Shown piece after piece: positions 39,563 through 48,600 of a DNA stretch of 64,000 nt (positions are counted from its first letter, which is position 1; each line of letters opens with the position of its first letter). Made by a program: the position numbers and the translations under genes. The notes under the pieces are model-generated. The model saw nothing but the letters and a program-made list of their open reading frames with translations. It had not been told where the DNA came from and did no database searches. Source of the DNA: Balanoglossus misakiensis. Lineage: Eukaryota > Animalia > Hemichordata. The DNA is taken from the NCBI GenBank assembly GCA_040954595.2, contig CM082598.2, positions 558,001 to 622,000 on the forward strand, read 5' to 3'.

Positions 39563-41227
39563 CTACATAAAGTGACCGGTTATAATATGAGCGTTAAACT
39601 CCACTCTGTCTTTACAACACTGTCCACATGCATTGCATTGGAAGGCGCTCTCTCTTCCGTGACATCCACGATGAATCATAAAAGTCGACAGATCTGGAAA
39701 CGATATCTCGCAGTACTGGCACTGGAATTCTTTCAGTTTGAGGCACGACTCGCATCCAGAATCTGTTTCACTAGCAGATTCTCTCTCTGCTGAGGATTTT
39801 GATTCACCATCTTTCTTCTGTCCTCCGCCTCTCAGTGGAGATCGCCCTAGCGACAGACGAAGGGGTAAAATCTGTTTCCTCCGATTGGCGGTGTTCACTG
39901 CTTTGATGCCGATTCTAGGAATTGTCAATCTTGACGGTGAGACAATCTTTCTTTCACTTTCTTTTTGTGCATGTTGTTGGTCTTTCTCTCTTTTGGCCAC
40001 TGCGGTAGACGCACTCTCATCCCGATCATCTAGATGATCTTCTTGAGTGAATGACCTTTGACCTGACTCTTCCGAATCCGTGCTCAGTATAGGATGCACA
40101 TCAGCATCATCACTTTTCTTATCCTGATTATCTCTGGAGAAATTTCCCGGAGAACTCCCGGCACCTGTCATTGATCCTGATTCAGGAGACTGCTCGGATT
40201 TCACAAATTTCCAGTGGATTGTGAATCCATCCCGAGTGCCTTCCCCACCACTTCCGGAACATTCGGAATCTTGTGTCCCGAGCTGTGAGGTGGCTGGACA
40301 ACTGGTACTTATCTTTTGTGGTTTCTGATTCTTTCCGTCACAAGTCTTTGTGTCAGAGTTACTTTTGCTTGTGATAGCTGTGGCTGTTACAGGGGCTGTA
40401 CTTGACTCCATGTTCTGTGATCGGTTTAGTGAATACACTTGTCCGATCACAGGCATGGGTCCAGGTGATGCATAATTGGCCGGTTGGTGCACCACTGGGC
40501 TCGTATAACCATCCTGTCTGTGGTAGCCAGCATTAGTGTATCGTAGATCTACTGAAGTTGAAGGATTGAAAGTCTTCTCTGATTGCTGCCGCTGCCCCGA
40601 ATTCAAAACTGATGCCATACTCTGCGGCATAGCACTGGAACCAAGTTGTGAGTACGTATTATAGTCAGGAAGAAGGCCAGTGAGAACATCTCTGTCTATT
40701 GCAGATACCTTCGTCTTTGATGCAGACAGTGAATATGCTTTCGGAAGGCCGTGTTTCATATGCTTATGTCGAGTTAAATTCGGCCGATAGCGGAATGTCT
40801 CGCCGCACTGGGAGCAGGAAAAGGGGCGTTCCTTGATGTGTATTCGCATGTGGAGTTTCATATTGTCACGTCTTGTGTAGGTGCGTCCACAGATGTGACA
40901 TTCAAATAACTGTTCTCCTTTATGCAGCTTTTTGTGCTTCAACAGATCTTGAGGAAGTCTGAAGGTTGCGTTGCATTCATCACATTGCAGCATAGTGGTG
41001 GTTTTCTTTGTTCTTCTGATCTGTGTCTTGGTGGGGCTTTCGTAGATCTCATAATTGATCCTCTCAGGTGTTCTGATGTTCAGATTTGTACCACCATTGT
41101 CTGATCTGTCTGTTGTCCCACCGTCTTCCAGACAAGGCAGTTCACCGTAGTCCATATTCATGGACTGATTCCTTGTGGTTTCAAAGATACGATTTTTGGA
41201 ATCATAGTTGTCAGGATTCTGATCCAT
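39563..41227 (-). CDS. Ikaros-family (Pegasus/IKZF5-like architecture) zinc-finger protein, 554 aa, single coding exon
   Basis: Three N-terminal C2H2 fingers plus a C-terminal pair FQCQYCEISFPDLSTFMIHRGCHGRESAFQCNACGQCCKDRVEFNAHIITGH, matching the Ikaros/Hunchback dimerisation fingers (C..C...F.D...Y.IHMGCHG...PFECN.CG....DRYEF..HI..G.H). 5' UTR intron ~41252-41483. Confidence 0.85.
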   Translation of the reverse strand: MDQNPDNYDSKNRIFETTRNQSMNMDYGELPCLEDGGTTDRSDNGGTNLNIRTPERINYEIYESPTKTQIRRTKKTTTMLQCDECNATFRLPQDLLKHKKLHKGEQLFECHICGRTYTRRDNMKLHMRIHIKERPFSCSQCGETFRYRPNLTRHKHMKHGLPKAYSLSASKTKVSAIDRDVLTGLLPDYNTYSQLGSSAMPQSMASVLNSGQRQQSEKTFNPSTSVDLRYTNAGYHRQDGYTSPVVHQPANYASPGPMPVIGQVYSLNRSQNMESSTAPVTATAITSKSNSDTKTCDGKNQKPQKISTSCPATSQLGTQDSECSGSGGEGTRDGFTIHWKFVKSEQSPESGSMTGAGSSPGNFSRDNQDKKSDDADVHPILSTDSEESGQRSFTQEDHLDDRDESASTAVAKREKDQQHAQKESERKIVSPSRLTIPRIGIKAVNTANRRKQILPLRLSLGRSPLRGGGQKKDGESKSSAERESASETDSGCESCLKLKEFQCQYCEISFPDLSTFMIHRGCHGRESAFQCNACGQCCKDRVEFNAHIITGHFM

Positions 41228-41483
41228 GGTTGGTCAACTTCAAACTACAGACTAAAACAACAAAATGGAAAAGTTAGACAATATGATCTCTTTGACATTT
41301 TCAGAAACACGATGGTTGAGTGAATGACATATAAAGCCTCTGCCTACAAAGAATGAATATTTCAGTAAACAAAATATCTTGTTTTTATATAAATCGCTGA
41401 CCATTTTTTCTCAGTTTTAACACAGTTGCGCGAATTTTCAGTCGTTGTCTAATTACATTTCATTGTAACAAAATTGAGTTACC

Positions 41484-41838
41484 TTCCCGATGAATGATGA
41501 GAAGAAATCTCTGCTTCCATACCGGTGATTTAAAATCTATGTAAGGTTTCTTTTTCATTGATACATTTCATATCAGTGAGCGGCAATTTCTGGGTCAAGG
41601 GTCAAAAGCTCCCTATGTTTGCATTTCAATTTTCGACTTGGCTAGGCGGTCAGGAATACAACAAGAGAATTTTTTTACTGGGATGTAGAGGGCGTTGCTG
41701 AAGTTCTCCGAGCCCCGCCCACACGCCGCGGCTGTATATATGTATACATGTATGTATGTACAGTACCGCCAAACTCCACACTTGGTCCGTTCACGTGCAG
41801 AAGAATCGACTCCGTGAAGATTGTAGCATTGAAATCAG
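41484..41838. promoter_or_regulatory. Putative compact bidirectional promoter and non-coding first exons of the two Ikaros-type genes
   Basis: Minus-strand donor (gaag|GTAAC) near 41483 and plus-strand donor (cag|GTATGT) at 41839; GC-box ccccgcccac at ~41713 between them. Confidence 0.55.
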
Positions 41839-42131
41839 GTATGTTACCCATTTTAGCATATTCACTATTCAGGGGTCCATGGAAGTGTTTCTCGATCTAA
41901 ATCACGGTCGCTGTGTACACACGTGTGTCAGTGGTCTAATCCACAATCAATGCACTGCTTCGAGATGTTGACATAATGGACTGTTGTCTAATCCACTGTT
42001 GCACAGACCACACGTCAATTAAAAGAGGGTCAATCATGCGATCGATGGCACATATATCAACTGTTTGTCTAACCTCACCTTCCGGTGATAAAATACCCAT
42101 GAAGTTTCACTTCGAAAGTTAAGAATTGACA

Positions 42132-42225
42132 TAGGTGAATGATTGTAGCCATGATGGGCTGGTTGGGTGGCTGGATGCCCTCCCCCCCTCCAACCAGCCC
42201 ACCATGGCTACAGTTATTGCAGCTA
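42132..42225 (+). other. Long intronic RNA-like hairpin (~36-bp stem, ~21-nt loop)
   Basis: gattgtagccatgatgggctggttggg pairs with tccaaccagcccaccatggctacagtt; on the + strand three of the four non-Watson-Crick positions are G-U. Confidence 0.6.
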
Positions 42226-42737
42226 GATCTGTAGATCTGACACTGTTTATTCTCAACTTGACATTGATTGATGTTCTGGGCTGCCCTCTCTAAACTAATA
42301 CCCTTGACACTAGACATACCAGCGACCCAGCTGACATCTTGCTCTGTGAAAGGTCTACTATTATATGTTCCCCGGCTTTACAATACATGACTGACGGGTA
42401 CACACAGATCTTAGCTCTCAAGGCAGGGCTGTGTGTCTTGTAGTGATGCCTGTTGCATGAAGGCATCTGCCTGTGGAGACATCATCATTCTTTCCAGTTG
42501 CCTGAATTGTTCTTCCCGCCCGGAGCAATAAAACTGAAAGTGAAACAGCAGATGCTCCCACACTGCTGATTATTGTGTAAGAAAATCTTGGGGGAATAAG
42601 AATGACCATTAAATACAGTGATGAGCATATCCTTTTCAGATCCACTTAAAATTCCGCTACTAACTACAAGCCCAGTAATAAAACTACCAACCCATGAAGT
42701 TGGTTTGATGGATTAACCCACCATTGTTTAATCCTGT

Positions 42738-42790
42738 TTACCCTTTCACCACTATGGTTTAGTCCAAACCCATTGTTTTCTATGGTAATT
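42738..42790 (+). mobile_element. Family A MITE fragment (left half)
   Basis: ttaccctttcaccactatggtttagtccaaacccattgttttctatggtaa. Confidence 0.7.
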
Positions 42791-42935
42791 AAAGTTTATA
42801 TATTATGCATTTAGATATGTAATCATGTGCTTTTTTCTTTCAATTCCTTTCAGAACAGTAACGCTGCTCTGAGAAACTTGGGACACTCAAAAGCAGCTGC
42901 AACAAAATAATTACTATCAACAACACTCTGTTCAA

Positions 42936-45692
42936 ATGGATCGTAATAACCTCGATATGTTTGAGAAGACAAATTCTCAAACACGTTCATCACTAGAGCA
43001 GCAGCAGCAACAACTACAACATCATCAACAACAACAACAATATAAACATCAACAACAACAACAGCAGCAGCAACACCTAGCAGGAGCACAGTGGTATAGT
43101 AAAGATGCTGGCCTGTCATTGCAGCGTCCACGTCCAAGCAGTTCAGAAGCCCAGCTGCAGCAAGAAAAGCCAGCGGAGAAGCTCATAGATGATGAAGTCT
43201 TGCAGCAGTATCACAGTTGCCACAGACTGAAGCAGAAATTGCTCTTTTCGCAACGCCAATACAGAACACAGCAACAATCGTTGCCTCAGTTGTCAAGCGT
43301 GAATCACCCGCAGTCAGAAAAGCAGCCATTGCAGCAACAGATGCAGAACTTGGGACAGCAACGCATGCACCAATTTGGACAACACCAGAGACAGCAATCG
43401 TTGCATAGACAGTTGCAGCACTCAACACAGGAACATAGACTGCAGACAGAACAACAATCCACGCAGAAGTCATTGCAGCAACAGATGAAGCACTCAAGAC
43501 AGCAACACAGACTGCAGTCCCAAAATCCATGCATGCAGCAGTCATTGCATGAACAGATGCAACAGTCAGACCATCAACGTCGGCAGCAATCAGAGTACAT
43601 ACCGCAGTTCATACGGATGCAGCAACATGGTTACAACGCCGCAGTACAAAAAGAGTCGGGGATTCTATCTGACTTGTTAACTTCTACCAAAACCTCACGT
43701 TTGATCGCAGGTAACGGTCAGACAGCACCAGCTCGTACCCCGACGACCAGTTCAGGATTCAAAGAATCGTCCGCGGCAACGTTCAACAACAAAAGGGCAT
43801 CAGCTTCTTACCCACAATCCAATGCAGCATTGCAAAACCGAAGCAGTCAACCCATCAGCCGGCCATCACAGACTAATTACCCACAATCCAGTGCAGCCTT
43901 AGCTAGCACAGCAAAGAGCACAGCTAGTTCACAGAGCACGATTGTGATTTCAAATGTGTGCTCCATGGCAGAACTCCCCAGTCAAGGAGGTGTCTCCAGT
44001 ATCCCAGAACCACAAGTTCGAACAAAGAGACTCCCTAGTTCAACACTTCTTGAGGAGAATGCCGCCAAAAGACGAAAAGTGACAGAGAGTCCAAGTGAAA
44101 ATTGCCAGGGTCCCCTAACTTCCAAAGAGTCCAGGTCCACACTAAATGCTCCAGCAAGGCAGCAGTCCACCGGAATAAGCCTGAGTGCCGGAGTATTTTC
44201 TGCTATTCCGTGTTCTTCCTCATGCAACACGGAAACAAATATGGACAAATCCACACAGGGCAATCAATGTACTCCTGTCGTACAAGATAGACAGAATGAG
44301 GTCTCCGTAAATGCGTCTGAGTCATATAAGAATATAAATCCCTCCATGAAAGAGAACTCGGGGAAAACTGAAGCATCAATGAAACCCGCCCCTGAAACTG
44401 CAGGAAGTGAAATGTCTGATGTGATGAACAAACTAGACAAATCATCTAACAAGCAAGAAGCCGAAAGATCTCTCTACTCATGTGAATTGGAAGCAAAACC
44501 AGTTTCTGACCAAAATGACACATCCCTAAATCAAAGAAACCGTATAGTGATCAAAATGAAACGTTTCTCAACAGATGGGAAGTCATTGGGACCCTATATC
44601 CTGTTGAATTCATCTGAAGGAAAAAAGATAGCGAATATTATCACAGGAATCATACAAGATAGACGCACCCCCACGTCTGATGACAACAGGGATGAAGATA
44701 CTAATCCTGTAGAGGGACAGACTCCGAAAGAGAATCTTTTCCAGGATACTGGAAGTCGTCAAAACTCAGGACTTCCATCAACACCGGCATCATCGGTTCA
44801 TCCGGAAACAATAATGGAATCGTCTGTTTCAGCCTTGACTTCAGTTTCTAAGAGCAACGTGCCAAAGACTGACCTCACTTCTGCTGGGCTGTCAACTGAA
44901 TCTACAAAAGCACCCTCACCAAAAGTTGAAGAGAAATCCAACAAGGTTGCGGAAAACACTAAGGAAACACAAGGAGATGGTGACACCCGACTTCCAGAAA
45001 AATTGACCACAGATTCTAAGAATCCTCCATTCTCAGTAGAAAGCGGAATTAAACAAGAAGATAGCGACCATTTTTCTGGGAATTCCTCAGTGTCAAGTAC
45101 TGATTCTGTGTTTAACACAGATGGGTTTTTAGCAGATGTTTTTGAAACCATGGACGAGACGTCAAGTTTAGAGGTAAATATTTCGCAAAGTGAAACCTCT
45201 AGTGATGTTCCTGATTGCGTTGGGGATTTCCCTCCAATGGAAGAGTCAAGTGATAGAAGCTCAGCTGGTCTTGTAAAGACTAGTGATGACAAAGTGGATA
45301 AGAATATTCAGGTGGAGAGGTGGGTGATGGTGGACAAGGCTACGAACACGTCATCTGAATGCAAGAATGTCGGTGCATATACACAAGATGCAGCCACTCA
45401 AACAGGAAAGAAAAGCGACAAAATCATGCCTGATTACAAAGTCAGGCAGGAAACGAGTGACAATGCATCTTTAGAGCAACCACAGCATTCCATGAAGGAA
45501 GACAAAAACTCTGGAAACTATCAGAATAAAAAGCATTGCAGACACTGTATGATCTGGTATGACTGTACAGCCTTGTATTTGCTGCACATGGGCTGTCACT
45601 CGAACGGTCAGCATCCCTTTAAATGTCATAAGTGCCATGTCATGTTTGGAAACGCTGTCAGCTTCAATGAACACATTTTAAAACCACATTAA
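42936..45692 (+). CDS. Gln-rich, largely disordered protein with only a C-terminal Ikaros/Hunchback-type zinc-finger pair, 918 aa, single coding exon
   Basis: 2757-nt ORF ending HCRHCMIWYDCTALYLLHMGCHSNGQHPFKCHKCHVMFGNAVSFNEHILKPH; polyQ N-terminus; NLS-like AKRRKV; acceptor at 42852-42853; in-frame upstream TGA at 42870. Confidence 0.85.
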   Translation: MDRNNLDMFEKTNSQTRSSLEQQQQQLQHHQQQQQYKHQQQQQQQQHLAGAQWYSKDAGLSLQRPRPSSSEAQLQQEKPAEKLIDDEVLQQYHSCHRLKQKLLFSQRQYRTQQQSLPQLSSVNHPQSEKQPLQQQMQNLGQQRMHQFGQHQRQQSLHRQLQHSTQEHRLQTEQQSTQKSLQQQMKHSRQQHRLQSQNPCMQQSLHEQMQQSDHQRRQQSEYIPQFIRMQQHGYNAAVQKESGILSDLLTSTKTSRLIAGNGQTAPARTPTTSSGFKESSAATFNNKRASASYPQSNAALQNRSSQPISRPSQTNYPQSSAALASTAKSTASSQSTIVISNVCSMAELPSQGGVSSIPEPQVRTKRLPSSTLLEENAAKRRKVTESPSENCQGPLTSKESRSTLNAPARQQSTGISLSAGVFSAIPCSSSCNTETNMDKSTQGNQCTPVVQDRQNEVSVNASESYKNINPSMKENSGKTEASMKPAPETAGSEMSDVMNKLDKSSNKQEAERSLYSCELEAKPVSDQNDTSLNQRNRIVIKMKRFSTDGKSLGPYILLNSSEGKKIANIITGIIQDRRTPTSDDNRDEDTNPVEGQTPKENLFQDTGSRQNSGLPSTPASSVHPETIMESSVSALTSVSKSNVPKTDLTSAGLSTESTKAPSPKVEEKSNKVAENTKETQGDGDTRLPEKLTTDSKNPPFSVESGIKQEDSDHFSGNSSVSSTDSVFNTDGFLADVFETMDETSSLEVNISQSETSSDVPDCVGDFPPMEESSDRSSAGLVKTSDDKVDKNIQVERWVMVDKATNTSSECKNVGAYTQDAATQTGKKSDKIMPDYKVRQETSDNASLEQPQHSMKEDKNSGNYQNKKHCRHCMIWYDCTALYLLHMGCHSNGQHPFKCHKCHVMFGNAVSFNEHILKPH

Positions 45693-48600
45693 AAGCCGTC
45701 GTAGTAGAGGTGTGGAGAAGTGCATTGAAGGCAGATGATCCTGTCATGCACATGAGTGAAATTACCAAATGTTCAGCAAATGTTGCGTTTGACGCATTCA
45801 AACAGTGGACTGCCTTCTCTTCCTTCCATATCACTGTACAAGTAGACTGTAGTTTTGTCCCTTCTTTTCACCCAATCTCCGACACAGACTATGGTCGCTG
45901 CCATCTTGTCTGTTGTTAGGACAACACACTGCCTTATGACATTGACTGTGTACAATTTTGTAACCAGAGTTTCATGCTTTGTCAACATGCCATAAAAAGA
46001 TACAAGTCTGGCCACCATTTTATTGCTTGCTATTGTCTTTTTTTTCTCCGATATTTTTTTAAACACTGTGATGATAAATCGTACCATTATTTTTTTATTG
46101 AACGATCTTTTATTTTATACTTGATAAATATATTGATAAAGTAGGTGTTAGTTGCATTTGTTGTGTTCATGCTCTAATTATTCACGTCCTTTTGTATTTT
46201 AGAGTCCCCATTTCTTGTACATTTTAATTTCTCTTGGAAATCTTAATACCTCAGTAGTTTTTTATGCATTTTTGATGTCACAGAATAACAGGGTATGATT
46301 CTCACTGCCCCCTGATTGTTAGCTTGAGTTGGAAGGGCTTCAGTTTGAACAGTCATCAGGGTGATTCTTGAAGACACAGTCACTTGTGTTGTGATCAAGT
46401 TGAAGAGCGCCACCACACAAAATTACATGTCCTTACAATAGGGGGCGCACATCTTTCAAGGGTTTTCTGAAATAAATATGTTGGGGAATCTATTTCTGTT
46501 CTTAAACGTCTGTCCATGCTGTATTTAAACTTGTATATGATGACTGTAATGAGTTTGACCAATGACCAGGATCATTTGTCGATCTCTTGCTGTTGTCAAC
46601 GCCGACCGTAGTTTCCTGTAATTGACATCTTGAACTTGGTAAATCTGAAGTAAACTAGAAAAAAAGAGAGGAAAACTCTCTGATAAGAGGAGATACTAGT
46701 ATTGTATTTCATAATGAGTTATAAGTCTGGATTGGGCCTTGACTGTTTCGCCCACTCTTTTAGTTTTGATCTTGTCTTTGAGAGTTTGTTCTAGATACAG
46801 AATTGCAAGTGGCCAGTTTTATGTACATCTTTTTGACTTTCAATCAACGGATTGTTTAGAAATAATTATTGCAGCTACTTACATGTATTTTCACGTTTAT
46901 TTGATCTTCATTCCCAGGATAAACTAGTGAATTCAAAGAGACAAACAAAATTAATTAAGGTTTGCTCTTACGGATACAGTACAATTTTGTCAAAAATGGC
47001 AGAGCATCTAAATGTAAAACTGGGTCTTACTTTTATTGGGGGAATCGTTTCCACGGTGATGTCTGACTCTCAGCGCCAAATAAATAATAACAGACAAGAA
47101 GGCAGCCAGCAGTAGACACAACACAAGTACCAATATTGAGATCATCGTTGGAGTTAAACCTAAAGAGAAACAAACAGATGTTTACCCTTTCAACACAATA
47201 ATTTTTTTTGCAAGCTGGAATATATAGATTACTTTTTTCTTTTTATATTAACCATTTTAATTTTAACCGTAACAAATGTCCTAGTTTTACATTTATCATT
47301 ACGCTATATATATTGAATAAAAATGGTTTCTTCCAAGTAATGAAGTCTTTGAATTTGCTTGTTATTAGTACTGGCACCTGTTTGCCTACCCTTTAAGAGA
47401 GAGGGAACTGGGGTGGTTAGCATGTGAAATGAATCTGCATATTGCAAGTGTTACATCTGTTGAGTGCACCAATGATGAGCATGATCTTTCTGCTGTTGAG
47501 CTTAGACAATGTCATTCCACACTTAGTGGTCTAACTAAAGTAGTTGATTGTTTTTTGCTTCTGTCACCTCAGAGATGAAACAGTCAGGACGAAATGGAAA
47601 ATTCCTCGACAACTACAACTTAACAATTCCATGTGTGTGTGTACTGTGTGTCTAAACAACAACGTCACAAGTCTGCTGTTCACAGTTTTCAGTCTACAAG
47701 CAAGTATCCATGGTCAGCTATAAGGTAATCTCCGATTCATCCATCATCATCACTTGCTTCATTGCCCTTCCATCGAGGACTGTGGACACCACATCGGATG
47801 TAAGTCTATATTTTATTAATAGATACATAACCTGTCCTCCCCTGAATTATCATACCTCTTGATGTGTCATAGTTTTGGCATTTCGTTTGTATTAGTACAC
47901 TAGGTGACTGACCAGATGCTTTAGAGAGTGGATTCTCTTCACAATATTCTCTACTTTCCCATATCCCATTCTGCAGTGGTTTGGGGAATATGGGAATATC
48001 CATGGATACCCATTTTTCCTGAGATAGCCACCACTAGATTGGTGGCATCTTCGCCCGCCAAGGTCTTGCTCTCCGAAAAATTGGGAGACTGCGGTGGAGT
48101 CAACGACACATACGGGCAGAATAATTGGTTGTTGGCTCTTTCACTCTGACATATTGAATCAATATCTGACATCTTCACACGTAACATAAAGACGGAAATA
48201 AGCTTTCATCACGATAATTTTTTCATAAGTGACAGGCTATTCAAAGTCCAAGTATCAAAATTTCATACACTTTTGTCATCCCTCTACACCTTGCTTGTCA
48301 AATCACTTGTTCTGAACTGGAATTTATCAATATTCTTCATTATTTCAACAAAAAAGGCATGAAAATATAAATGGTTTTGAAACTAGATTTTCCATAAAGC
48401 ACATTACTTGATATTTACACACAGGTGTAGGTTAAAGGTGTTAGTTTGTACACAGCAGAAAAACTAACAATGACATTTATGTATCAAAAATTCCATGGTA
48501 GCTTTGGACATCCCTCCAAGCTTTGTGTTGCCAATGGCCACAATTTCAAATTTTGACTGTTTGTTGATATGGATATAAGATCTGTTCTGTAGATGACTTA

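Noticed and set aside
43304-43534. Cys-rich metallothionein-like 76-aa ORF on the minus strand
   Set aside because: Reverse complement of a Gln-rich (CAG/CAA) coding region yields TGC/TGT by construction
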